Source: Felis catus
Taxonomy: Eukaryota
NCBI RefSeq assembly: GCF_018350175.1
Contig: NC_058368.1
Span: 164,860,001 to 164,924,000, forward strand
DNA: 64,000 nt
Reading direction: 5' to 3'
In this document: one piece after another, positions 39,286 to 51,411 of the stretch
How positions within the stretch are numbered: position 1 is the stretch's first letter
Layout: every line of letters starts with the position of its first letter
Position numbers and translations under genes: made by a program
The notes under the pieces: model-generated
The model's database searches: none
What the model saw: only the letters and a program-made list of their open reading frames with translations
Told to the model about the DNA's origin: nothing

Positions 39286-40435
39286 AAAGCAGGTCTTCTG
39301 AAATTATATCATTTCCATTTTGAATTTATTACCATCCCTTTTCAAAATATATTTCTTTATTTAAAGTTATCCTTTAAAATCCCAGGTGATGATCAGGCAT
39401 TTCATACTATTTTCACTCACTGAGGCAAAATGTTAGAACTCTGTCAAGGGGATTATCTATTTTGAGAATGAATCTTTCCCAAAGTCGGTTTTAGGTTGAA
39501 ATATGAAATATGAAGGTATGAAATACCACACTTCCCAGTCTTTCCCCACTCAGTTTTTCTCTATCACTTTCTCAGGAATCTACTTCTACTTATGGCTCTT
39601 GTGCATCCTCTTTTTCTGTAAGTCCACTCTCAGGAAGTAAATCCATGAATGCTAGAATTTTATTCCTGCATAAACCTTTCTCCTAGTTTTTAGGTGAAGA
39701 AACTTTGAAAAGACTTTCTTGTGATGTCCTCAAAGTCTCTGGGCTAGGCAAGCAGAATCAGGACAAGAATCCAATATTGCTAAACTCACTGATGAGACTT
39801 ACAATTTTTAATTTTTGTTTTTAACCTATGCGATTGATTTAATTGTGCAATAGCACTATAATAATGGCATATTGGTCAGGTAACCACGTTAATATAGATT
39901 TCATATGTGGAAAAGATGGCAGCTGACATTTATGTTGTTCCAGTTATTTTCTTAGTTCTGTTAGTAGATTTACCTGCCCAATTATATTTTGTGTAAATAT
40001 GTGTGCATGTAATTCCATTACTCAAAGATGGCCTTTTTTTCATCCTGAACTCAGAAACGTATGTCATAATACTCTATGTAACCTCTTTACAAGATGTATC
40101 ACATTCACTTTGGGAATGGCAAGTCGTAGGTGTTTCTCTATTAATAAACAAACAAACTCATAAATAAACATCTGAATAAATGAATATATACTTTTATACA
40201 TTCATACATATAAACATTCACACATGCATACCTAACACAAATGGAAGGTGTGGAATTTTAGAGAGAGGAGGAGGGCAACTTTACCTAAATATCAAAAGTG
40301 TCTGTTGAAAGAAAAAAAAATGGAACATACTTAAAAAATAAAATAAATGAAGTGGAGTGGAATAGTCCATTTCAATACAAAATCTCTCATATATGTAAGC
40401 CTGGTCATGATTATACAAAACTGTGCAATATTTAT

Positions 40436-40598
40436 GGGATACCTGGGTGGCTCTGTTGGTTAAGCATTCAACTTCGACTCAGGTCATGGTCTCATGGTTC
40501 ATGAGTTTGAGCCCCACATCGGCTCTGTGCTGTCAATGCAGAGTCTACTTGGGATTCTCTCTTTCTCCTTCTCTACCCCGTTCCCATTTGCGTGGATT

Positions 40599-40643
<45 letters not shown>

Positions 40644-40665
40644 AATAATAAATAAATAAACTTTT
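40436..40665 (+). mobile_element. CanSINE with long (CT)n
   Basis: TSD aaaactgtgcaatattt at 40417-40433 and 40666-40682. Confidence 0.95.
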
Positions 40666-40759
40666 AAAACTGTGCAATATTTTAAAATAAGTGGTAAAAA
40701 GGAATTTTTGACAGGACAATACACGAAAGGTAACATTTAGATAAACCAGTCACTCTTTT

Positions 40760-41812
40760 CCAATTATTTACTCCTGTGTGTAACATTACCCTAAAATTCA
40801 GTGGTTTAAAATAACCATTTTGTTTTATACATGGTATTGTGGGTCAGAAATTGGGGAAGGGCTCAGCTGGGCAGTTTGTCTCTGATCCAGGTAGTGGCAG
40901 TTGGGACAGTTGGGACTGGAGGGTCCACTTCCAAAATGACTTCACATTGTTAGTTTTTTATACCATCATTTATTTATTGATACTTATAGGCAACCATCAG
41001 GTTTCCAGATCAGAGAACAGACTGATTATTTACTCACATGCTGATCCTGGTACTAGCTCACCATATCCCAGTCTCCTACCAGGTGACCCAGTGTGGGTGA
41101 GATGTAATCTGTGTGTAAAGGGGATTGTACTAAAGGAGAGGAAACTGAAATTATGAATTATTGGAGCTTATTATGAACAGCTGGCATATCTACCCCACTT
41201 CCCTTTTGCAGACAGAGACAGAGAGAGAGAGAAACAAAATTCTCTCTGGGGAGAGGAGGAGAAGGTCTTAGGTCTGTTTCTCAGCCCATTACCGTTTGTA
41301 ATGTAAAGAAATAATCCTGGGGGAATAAATCTCTAAATCTCTCTGAAGGTCTTTTTCTTTAGGGTTGCTATCCCACTCTGCCACCCCCAGCAGTTTGCTC
41401 ATAAAGCCCTGACTGAGCAGAGCTATGAAAATACTAACATTATTTTGGAACACACATATCTGAAACTTTAGTTCTCTTTGGCGTATTGTTCTCTTTCATT
41501 CTCTCTTTCTCTCTCTCTCTGTAGCATCTTATATTCCAGAGCTTTTGCACAGTCTTTGCAGAATATGAGTTCTCAGAGAAACCGTAATTCTTACAGGGTA
41601 GGTGGTTTCCAAGAGGCAGGAAGCAGAGACGGGCACCAGCATCACTTCTGACTGTTCTATCAACCACAGCAGTCACAGAGCCTTTCCAGACTCAATGGGG
41701 TGGAGGAATGGCCTTCAGCTCTTTGTAGGGTGGGAGGAAGGCTGACAAGATCACACTGAAGAAGACATGAGATATATCATTGTGGCCATCTTTAGAAAAC
41801 ACAACACCATAA
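40760..41812 (-). mobile_element. MLT1 (H/F-like) LTR split by a second LTR
   Basis: gtgtaacattaccctaaaattcagtggtttaaaataacc...gggtcagaaattggggaagggctcagctgggcag; resumes after 41457 and ends ...gtggccatctttagaaaacacaac. Confidence 0.72.
40948..41452 (-). mobile_element. Nested solo LTR (ERVL-class by 5-bp TSD; family not recognised)
   Basis: TG...CA termini; TSD cacat at 40943-40947 and 41453-41457; tttatt (aataaa on minus) near 40970. Confidence 0.6.
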
Positions 41813-42390
41813 AGATATTTTGAAAGAAGAAAACCACTGCAACAAAGAAATACTGTAGTTGGATAGATAAAACCTACCATTCAAATAAATAAGTAATAAA
41901 TGGATAAATAAATGCCTAATTCTCATTTACTGATGATCCTGATTTATTCCCAAGGCTCCTTAGACCCAGACAGTGAGCTCCAGAGCACAGGAGATTTGAC
42001 TAGTCCCTGCAGCTGTTGATCTGGTTTAGATGGTTTGAGAGTCTAAGCACATATTTGGCTTCCCCATCATCTCAAATGATTGTCCAGTTAGACTCCTTGA
42101 CCCTAGGAGCTTGATTTTATTTTGTAGAGAGGCTTGGGCCTTGGAGATTTTCTTAGACTGCTTATAAGGCCACCTATTTTAGTGTACTTCTCAACTACTC
42201 TCCATTTTCCAGGATGTTGACTAGGCTTTCAAGTCTTACAACCATTATGGAATGAAAAACAAAAAACAAAAAACAAAAACAAAAACTTTGGTTCTCTCTT
42301 ACTCCAACATCTGCCTTCCAATTCTGAAATGACACACTATTACTCCTCCACCTTTTTGAAAACACTTGGGAAGATCTGCAAATTCTATTT

Positions 42391-42593
42391 ATTTTTTTAA
42401 ATTCATTTATTCATTTGAGAGAGAAAGAGAACGCACAGGGGAGGGGCAGAGAGAGAGGAAGAAATAATCTCAAGCAAGCTCCTCACTGTCAGTGCCGAGC
42501 CCCAGGCAGGGCCAAATACAGGAACCATGAGATCATGACCTGAGCTGAAATCAAGAGTTGGACACTTAATGGACTGAGCCACACAGGTGCCCC
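42391..42593 (-). mobile_element. CanSINE
   Basis: Ends ...ctgagccacacaggtgcccc; diverged TSD ctgcaaattctattt / ctgaaaatgctattt. Confidence 0.94.
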
Positions 42594-42984
42594 CCTGAAA
42601 ATGCTATTTTATTATTACTCCTTTTCAAGTTTTAAAATAATAATACCCTACCTTTAAGTTACAAACAGAACTCAAAGGAAAGAAGATGGGGATGGGAAGA
42701 GGGTCAAAAGAGAGTAGTCCTGGATTTGCCTCTAGAACCTAAAATAAGTCACTCAAAATTCTTGGACTTGTCATCTAGGCATGTTGGATTGGATTATCAT
42801 CAGTACATCCCTGAAAAGGCACTCATGGAGCTCTGAATACCTGATAGGTTCATAGATCACATCTGAGGAAAGCAATAACCAAGGTGTTTTTGTTTGTTTG
42901 TTTGTTTTGTTTTGTTTTGTTTTCATGCAGTTGCTTTATCTCATGCATAAAAGATATGTTAAGCAAAAGCAATGCTATATCCCA

Positions 42985-43220
42985 GACATAGGCTAACATT
43001 TATTGAAGGAGTGGGCATGCAAGTTCTTTACAAGCACTATGGCATTTAATTATTCCTACAGTTCTGTATAATACTATCACCTCTCATTTTTAATGCCTGG
43101 AAAACTGAAGCACAAAGAGATGTTACAACATCTATGTACACTCAGCAAATGAATAGGGGACCTAAGAGCTAAAGCCAGAGAATACAAATACGTTACCTGC
43201 CCTCTTAACTCCTTGTGCTG
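42985..43220 (-). mobile_element. MIR relic
   Basis: gctaacatttattga...catttaattattcctaca...ggaaaactgaagcacaaagaga. Confidence 0.65.
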
Positions 43221-43264
43221 TGGTTGGGTAGGAAAAGATACTGCATATATAGACTAAGCACAAA

Positions 43265-43530
43265 GAGGCAATATAGCATAGAAGTTGAGGGCATAGATTC
43301 TGGAGCCAAATGTCTGGAATGTCTGAATTTACATTCTGGCTCCCTTTCTGTGACCTTGGTCAAATTAATCAGCCAGTTTCCTCAACAATATGATAGAATA
43401 ATTACAGTATCTACCTCATACAAGTGGTGCTATGATTAAATGAACATATTAATGTAAAATTCTTCCAACTATACATGTTATTCAGTAAACTACAATAAAC
43501 AATACACAAGTATTGGCTATGTTGTTATTT
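43265..43530 (+). mobile_element. MIR relic
   Basis: gcaatatagcatagaagttgagggcatagattctggagcca...gtgaccttggtcaaatta...cagtttcctca...tacctcata. Confidence 0.75.
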
Positions 43531-44673
43531 TTTCTTTTTACAGTAGATATAATCACATTGTCTCTTGAGAAATGTGAATAGCAGGTGGCCACAGAAATGG
43601 TGGATCACTTAAGCTCAGGTTTTATTCTGAATAATGCTGAGATATTCCTTTGGTTGTCCATGGGGTTACGAATACATCCTACTCTGTGAACCACTGGGAT
43701 TCACAGTGATTGAATATGTACTCATAGTTTCTCTTTTCTGTGTCTGGATATGACTCTTGGAATAAACTCCCCTGTGAACCCTAGTTCTGGGTGTCTTTTC
43801 TGTACAACCTATCAGAGACTGCTTTAAGTACCTGATAGTGCCACCATAGTTACTCTAATCTAATATAAACATGTGAATTAAATATACACACACTTCATTT
43901 CCACTGATATGCTAACATTTTTTTTCATCGTACTGCTTACCTTTTTCTTTTCTTCCATTCTTTCTAGTGCTTTCTTACTCTCTCTAATGTTTCTTTACTT
44001 TTCCGTTGTTTTTATATGACTCTCACTTCATTAAAGGTGAGTTTTGAAATCTGAAATTTTGGGATTAAAGTCAATTTATGTCCAGTGATAAAGTAATTGA
44101 AACCCAAAATATGAACACATAAACCATTATATTTTTACTCAGTCATTACATACTCTTTCAGTTTATTTTGTGTGTCATTAAAAAATCAAGCATGATGTCA
44201 GCATTAAAAAGTATCTAATTTTGTTTCCTAACAAAATGAAATGCATAGACTGTTATTTATTTTTCACTGACATTACTCTATTAGTGTGAGTTGTTGATAA
44301 GCTAATTTACAGTGGTAGATAAGATCAAGGCTTCGCCTTAGGCTGATTTATCATAGTTCATATATTTGCTAACAGGCTGGCAAGTGAAGCCTTTGAACAT
44401 ATAATGAATTTACAATGTCTACCCATTATGTCACACCAGGTGATTAGTTAACCTATTCCTTGTATATTTATATTATTTTATATTGAGTTTCAACAGCAAA
44501 TGAATATGGTTGTATTACATCAATAGGATAAATTCCAAATGTTCAAATGTTTAGCCATTCTGAAAATAAATACAATCATATGCCACAATTTATTATGCTG
44601 TTAGTTTACTGCAGTACCTTGCATTCAATTTATAAATTAATTACAAATCATAAAAAAAAAAGCACACGCAATT

Positions 44674-44850
44674 TTAGAGCTGGAAGGCAACCTTAGAAAT
44701 GATGTTGTCCAACTTCATTTTATAGAGAGCAAAATGAAATGGCAAGAGATGGGAAGTAACTTGCCACTGTAACAGAGCTAGTTTGAAACAAGACTTAGAG
44801 TAGGCTTCCCTGACACTTTTTATTTGATAAATCCTTTTCATTGAACACCA
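44674..44850 (-). mobile_element. MIR3/MIRc-like relic
   Basis: ttagagctggaaggcaaccttagaaatgatgttgtccaacttcattttataga. Confidence 0.65.
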
Positions 44851-45277
44851 CATCAAATCATCCTGAAATTACATTTGTGTTGCATCTATGAATAACTACT
44901 AGTAACTGAATGTGTTTTTTAGGAGAAGACTTTCATATAAGTGCTTAACAAACTAAAGGATGCTTTATATTCATTGCTATTTACTATCAAAAAGAAAGAT
45001 ATGCTAGGGTGGTAAAAACACCCATAACTACTCAGACAATAGATGGTAACACCCATATGGGTAAATTTGAAGAAGCAAACTCTTATTATTCATTGTGCAT
45101 CGTAGAAAGCTTACATTAAAAAGAACTGAATATAGTTTATAGCAATAAGTCTAAAAAGTACATTGTTTACTCATACCAAAAATAAATTCAGGAAGTTATT
45201 ATAAGTTCATTTTAATGTCATGGTTTAAGTATCCAACATACCATGTTTCAGTCACAGTAGGTAAAACCTGAATTATT

Positions 45278-45481
45278 ATTTTTTTAAAATTTTTTAATGT
45301 TTATTTATTTTTGAGAGATAGAGACAGAGCGTGAGTGGGGGAGGGACAGAGAGAGAGGGAGACACAAAATCCAAAGTAAGCTCCAGGCTCTGAGCTGTCA
45401 GCACAGAGCTGGATGTGGGGTTCAAACTTGGGAACTAGGGCGAAGTCAGACACTTAATCAACTGAGCCACGCAGGCACCCC
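45278..45481 (-). mobile_element. CanSINE with a small internal deletion
   Basis: TSD cctgaattatt at 45267-45277 and 45482-45492. Confidence 0.95.
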
Positions 45482-46132
45482 CCTGAATTATTTTTTATCA
45501 TATTTTATACAGTCAAAAGTATTGCCCTAACATTATTTTTACCTCAACAATTTATTTGAAAGTATGTGTCCATAAACATTTAATTAAGAAAACTCCTTAT
45601 GTCAGATATTCAATTTTTTTGACAATCTAAACTCTTCCAAATTGATTAACCTCAAGCTGTGATGCTCATGGCAATGCTAACCTGAAGATGTTTGCCTTCC
45701 AGTATATCTCCTAAAAAGAGGCCTAGAAATGTGAATTGCAAATTATAGCATTATGTGCTTTCCTTTTGTGGGATTATATGAGAGTGAGAAATCAAATCCA
45801 CACTGAGATCCAAGTTCTTAAAACACACTTTAATATTTTATGCTTCAATTTAATTTCTGTAAGATGTATCTTTCTATTTCTAAGAGGAAAAAGACATTAA
45901 ACTGTCTCCCTTAAGGATCTTCAAAGAATTGAAACAATGAGTAGTTCTGGAAGAGATAATAATTTGAGAAGATAAAGATTAATGAATCAGAAGATTGGTT
46001 ACTAAATTTTCCTTGGTATACATTTATAGTTTCAAAATTTTTAATTATGTTTTGATCATTAACTATCAATTTTGTACATTCCAAATGTAGGATCAGTTTA
46101 AAATATACCCATATGATATACATAGATTTAAA

Positions 46133-46268
46133 ATTTTTTGTTAACTTTTATTTATTTTTGAGAGACAGAGAGAGACAGAGCATGAGTGGGGGAGGGACAG
46201 AGAGAGACAGACACACACAGAATCCGAAGCAGGCTCCAGGCTTTGAGCTGTCGCACCCCAGGTGCCCC
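46133..46268 (-). mobile_element. CanSINE with a large internal deletion of the tRNA-derived region
   Basis: ...gagctgtcgca joined directly to ccccaggtgcccc; TSD atatacatagattt on both sides. Confidence 0.92.
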
Positions 46269-47272
46269 ATATATACATAGATTTTAAAGTCCGAGTATGA
46301 TTTTTTTCTCCATGATAGCTGCTTCCCAAACAACGAAAATTGCAGCCATGTGAAAGAACGCATTAAGAATATTTATATGAGAAGTACCATTTCACAGTTT
46401 GGTGGAATATTAAAGGATTTCAAGTGCAAGAAAACATAGCTGAGATGCAGTGTAATTAATTTACACAATTGGATATGGTGCATTTTACAAAACAATGATA
46501 CTTTTCACAGAATACTCTGTATATCATTCTACTGTGTGAGTCGATTAGGTTCCTGTCAGAAAGGCCACAAGAGGAGTAAATGAAGCAAGAAGTAGGTCAC
46601 TGTAGATGATTGAATAAAGGAACAGAGGGGGAGGGAAGATTCAAGGTCAATATGAATACTTCAAAGCTGGTTGATGACAGAAGTAGAAGAAAGAGGGAAA
46701 TTAGAAAGACAAGATAGAATGCGGCAGAAGTTGTATTTTTTAAAGACATTTATCTGAGAAGAAAACTGAAGCCAATAAGTAGGATGCTTTAGACATGCAT
46801 GGTACTAGAGCATTTTAGTTTTTTCTCAAGCTCACTTTATATCTGGATGTTTTTCAATTTTTCCTGGCTTGTTTAATGCTTCGGAAGCATGGAAGTGCTG
46901 CCTTTTTTTTTTTATGACAACTATGTTGAGATATAATTCATAACATACAGTTGACCCATTTAAAGTATATAATTCATGATTTGTTAATATATTTACAGAT
47001 CTGTGCAACCATACATACCATCAATTTTAGAACATTTTATCATCCCCGAAAGAAACTCTTCATGTATTAGCAGTTGCTCTCCATTTTCCTGAACACCCCA
47101 GTCCTAGGTAACCATTGATTTACTCACTGCCACTGTAAATTTGCCCATCCTGGACATGTCATATTATGGAATCACTCAACATATGGTCTTTTATGAGTGA
47201 TTTCTTTCACTTGATGTAACGTTTTCAAGGTTGATCCATGTTGTAGCACATATCAGTACTTCATTGATTTTT

Positions 47273-47488
47273 TTAAATTTTTTTTAATGTTTATTTATTT
47301 TTGAGACAGAGAGAGACAGAGCATGAATGGGGGAGGGGCAGAGAGAGAGGGAGACACAGGATCGGAAGCATGCTCCAGGCCCTGAGCCATCAGCTCAGAG
47401 CCCGACGCGGGGCTCGAACTCACGGACCGTGAGATCGTGACCTGAGCTGAAGTCGGACGCTTAACCGACTGAGCCACCCAGGCGCCCC
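47273..47488 (-). mobile_element. Young felid CanSINE inside L1
   Basis: Perfect TSD agtacttcattgattttt at 47255-47272 and 47489-47506; CpGs intact. Confidence 0.97.
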
Positions 47489-48642
47489 AGTACTTCATTG
47501 ATTTTTATTCCTAAGTAATATACTATTGTATGGATATACCACAAATTATTTATCTATTCATCAGTTGATGCACATTTGAGTTATTTGTTTTGTTTTGTTA
47601 GCTAACATGAACATTCTACCATGAACATTGGTGAAGAATCTTTTGTGTGTATATATTTTCATTCCTCTTGGACATAGCCCTATCAGTGTAGTTCCTGTGT
47701 CATATGGTAGCTCTATGTTTAACATTTGGAAGAAGTGCCATACTTTTCCAAAGTTTCTTCCCCCCCACCCCCCGCAAGAATAGCTGTGTTATTTATTTAC
47801 ACTACAGTGTTTGAGAATTCCAATTTTGGCATATCCTGCCAACACTTATTTTTTGTCTTTTTTATTATAGTCATCCCAGTGGATGAAGTATTATGGTAAT
47901 TTTCATTTCCATTTTTCTTACGGCTAATGATATTATCTTTGAGGTCTTTATTGGCATTTTTATACCTGCTTTGATGAAATGTATATTTAGCTACTTGGCC
48001 CATTTTAAATTGGGTTATTTGTCTTTTTATTAGTGAGTTATTAAGTATTCTTTATATATTTTAGATACAAGTCCCTTATCAGATGTATGGTCTCCATTCT
48101 GTGGATTGTCCTTTCACTTTCTTATCAGTGTCTTTTGAACCCCAAGATTTTAAATTTTGATGAGGTACAGTTTATCAATTTTTTTCTCTTGTTGCTTGTG
48201 TTTCATCTAAGAATGATTTACCAGATCTAAAGTCATAAAGGTCTATCCCTAAGAATACTTATAGGAGTTTTATGGCTTCAGGACTCTCATTTAAGACTTT
48301 GACCCATTTCTATCCAGTGTCCTAGCACCATTTGTTGGAGCATCAATTATGTCCCCACTTAATTATTTTCATGCCCTTGTTGTAAGTCACCTGACCATAA
48401 ATGTGAAGGCTTATTTCTATTCTGTTGATCTGTGTATCTATCCTTATGCCAGTACCAAACATAATTACTATAGCATTGTAGTAAGTCTTAAAATTGGGAC
48501 AGCTAGTCCTCCAATATCATTCTTTTCAAGATTGTTTGGATATTTTGGTGCTCTAGATTTCCATATAAATTTAAAGGGTTTGTCAACTTCTGCCAAGAAA
48601 CTAGCTGGGATTTTGATAGAGATTGTGTTAAATCTGAATATC

Positions 48643-48795
48643 TGCTTTAGACATGCATGGTACTAGAGCAATTTAGTTTTTTCTCAAGCTCACTTTATAT
48701 CTGGATGTTTTTCAATTTTTCCTGGCTTGTTTAATGCTTCGGAAGCATGGAAGTGCTGCCTTTTTTTTTTTATGACAACTATGTTGAGATATAAT
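48643..48795 (+). repeat. 153-bp direct copy of 46785-46937 inserted in L1 ORF2
   Basis: One mismatch (catttt/caattt); same T11 run in both copies. Confidence 0.95.
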
Positions 48796-49560
48796 GTTCG
48801 GGAATATGGGCATCTTCAAAAAATTAAGTCCTCTAGTCCACGAAGATGGGATATCTTTCCATATATTTATATCTTTAATTTCTTTCAACAATATTTTGTA
48901 GATTTAATCATATAATTTTTGCTTTTTTTGGTTAAATTTATTCTTCAGTACTTTATTTTCTATGCTATTACAAAGGGAATTGTAGATACCATTTTCAGAT
49001 TGTTTGCTGCAGGTTCAGAGAAATATAAATGATTTTTGTATATTGAGCTTGTGTCTTGCAACCTTGCTGAACTCATTTATTAATTCTCACAGCTTTTTAA
49101 TAGAGAACTTAAAATTTTCTGTTTAAGATCATACCATCTGCAGCTAGAGATAGTTTTACTTCTTTTCCAGACTGGACACATATTATTTCGTTTTATACCT
49201 TATTGTCTGGGCAAGAATCTCTAATAGAATGATGAATAGAAGTGGTGAGAACAGACATTTAGTTTTGCTCCTGATCTTGGGGTTTAAGATTCATTCTTTC
49301 ACCATTAAATATAATGTTAGTTGTAGGTTTTAATAAATATCTTAGGTTGTATGTGGTGTTGGATTTAGGTTACTAGTATTTTATTAAAGATTTTTGGTTC
49401 TGCATTATGAGATAATGTTTTGTTATTTTCTTTTCTTTTGATGTCTTTGTCTTATTTGGGTATCAGTGTACTATTGGCCTCACTAAACATGTTGGGAAGC
49501 GTTTCTTCCTCTTCTGTATTTTGGAAGAGTTTATGAATAATTGGCATCAGTTCCTCTTTA

Positions 49561-49659
49561 TTTTTTTTATTTTTATTTATTTATTTTTTTTAATACTAAA
49601 TTTATTGTCAAATTGGTTTCCATACAACACCCAGTGCCCATCCCAAAAGGTGTCCTCCT
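49561..49659 (-). mobile_element. 99-bp 5'-truncated young feline L1 (L1_Fc-like 3' end)
   Basis: Minus strand reads ...gggatgggcactgggtgttgtatggaaaccaatttgacaataaattt plus A-rich tail; perfect TSD atcagttcctcttta at 49546-49560 and 49660-49674. Confidence 0.9.
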
Positions 49660-50777
49660 ATCAGTTCCTCTTTAAATGTTGGTAGAATTCACCAGGGAAG
49701 CCATATGGGCCTGGGCTTTTCTTTGTGGGAGTTTTAACTAAAAATTCAATCTCTACAATTCTTAAAAGTCTACTCAGATTGTCTGTTTCTTCAGTAGTTT
49801 GTGTCTTCTAGGAATTTGTGCATTTTCTGTGAGTTATCTAATTTTTGGTCTTCATTTGTTTATATTATTTCCTTAAAATTCTTTTTATTTCTATAAGGGC
49901 AATAGAAATGGCCACTCTTTTAAATCCTTATTTTAGTAATTTGAGTCTCCTCTCTTTTGCTTTGTTTGCATATCAAAAGATTTATCAATTTTGTTGATTT
50001 TCATTGAACATTATATTGATATAATTTAGTTCACTTCTTATCATTTAATTTCACTTTTTGTCTTCTATGTATGTTTCATGCCTCTTCTGTTTCTTTTTCC
50101 TCCTTTTTGTTTTCTTTTTTATAAAGTAAGTATTTTACAGAGTAAAATTTTAGTCCCTTAAATGATATTTACACTACATATTTTGAGTTACTTTCTCATT
50201 GATTGCTCTTGGGCTTACAGTGTATATCTTCATATGAGAAATTATTTCAAATATATAATTAGCTTATTATAGTAAGATACATATGATGTTAGCAAATCCT
50301 TCAAATTAGCTCCATTCTATCTTCTATATCCATACAAACACCTACATATTTAGCTCTAATAATAAATTATTATAATTATCACTTTATGTAATTTCATGTC
50401 TGTTAAAGAAACTGAAAACAGAAAGGAGAACAAGTATGTATTATGGTGATTATATATTAATCTCCTTTGCTTTCTATTTTTGGTTCTCTTCATTTGTTTT
50501 TCTTGACTCAAATTACCATCTGCCATTTCCATACTCCAGTACATATTTGTTCCCACACACATCTTTTGTGTTTTTATCATGACATATATTGCATTTGTCT
50601 ATATTATAGGCCCAACAATCCATAAACATATATGCATAAACATATGCAATTGTTTTTAAATAGGTAAGAAAAAAAGGAAAAATGTTGATGCTACACTTTC
50701 TTTTATTGTATAAAAACCTTCACTGACGCTGTGTATTTGTGCATATGTGCACACATGTGATAAAACACATATTTAAA

Positions 50778-50982
50778 ATTTCAATGTTTATTTTTGAGAG
50801 AGAGTACGCGGCGCATGCGCGCGCATGAGTGGGGGAGGGGCAGAGAGAGAGAGAGGGAGACACAGAATCCGAAGCAGGCTCCAGGCTCCGAGCTGTCAGC
50901 ACAGAGCCCAAAGGCAGGAACTGTGAGGTCATGACCTGAGTCAAAGTTGGATGCTCAACCCACTGAGCCACCAGGGCGCCAC
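50778..50982 (-). mobile_element. CanSINE
   Basis: TSD acacatatttaaa at 50765-50777 and 50987-50999. Confidence 0.94.
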
Positions 50983-51146
50983 GCATACACATATTTAAAT
51001 TGCTGACTGGCGTCACTTGATTTTAGCCTAAAGAATTTCCTTTGTATTTCTTGTAACATAGGTTGGTATGCTAGCAATAAATTTACCCAGTTTCTTTATA
51101 TTCTGGGAAAGCTAATTTAGTCTTCATTTTTTAAGACAGTTTTGTG

Positions 51147-51380
51147 GGGGCATCTGGGTGGCTCAGTTAGTTAAGCAACCAACTCTTGATTTCAGCTCAG
51201 GTCATGATCTCACAGTTCATGGGATGGAGCCTGTGTACAGCTCCACACTGATAGTGTGGACCCTGCTTGGGATTCTCTGTCTCCCTCTCTGCCCTTCCCC
51301 TGCTCACACATGCCTGTGGGCTTGTACATGCATGTTCTCACTCTCTCTCTCTCAAAATAAATAAATAAACTTAAAAAAAA
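51147..51380 (+). mobile_element. CanSINE
   Basis: TSD taagacagtttt at 51132-51143 and 51381-51392. Confidence 0.94.
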
Positions 51381-51411
51381 TAAGACAGTTTTTCTGGATA
51401 TAATATCCTTT

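Larger units (their letters stand above)
46903..50030 (-). mobile_element. Old L1 (L1MB-like) 3'UTR and decayed ORF2
   Basis: T-tail, then gttgagatataattcataacata...catttaaagtatataattca...ttcaaggttgatccatgttgtagca; antisense ORF2 motifs (ttgaatag-like aagtggtgaga, ggtagaattcaccag). Confidence 0.88.
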
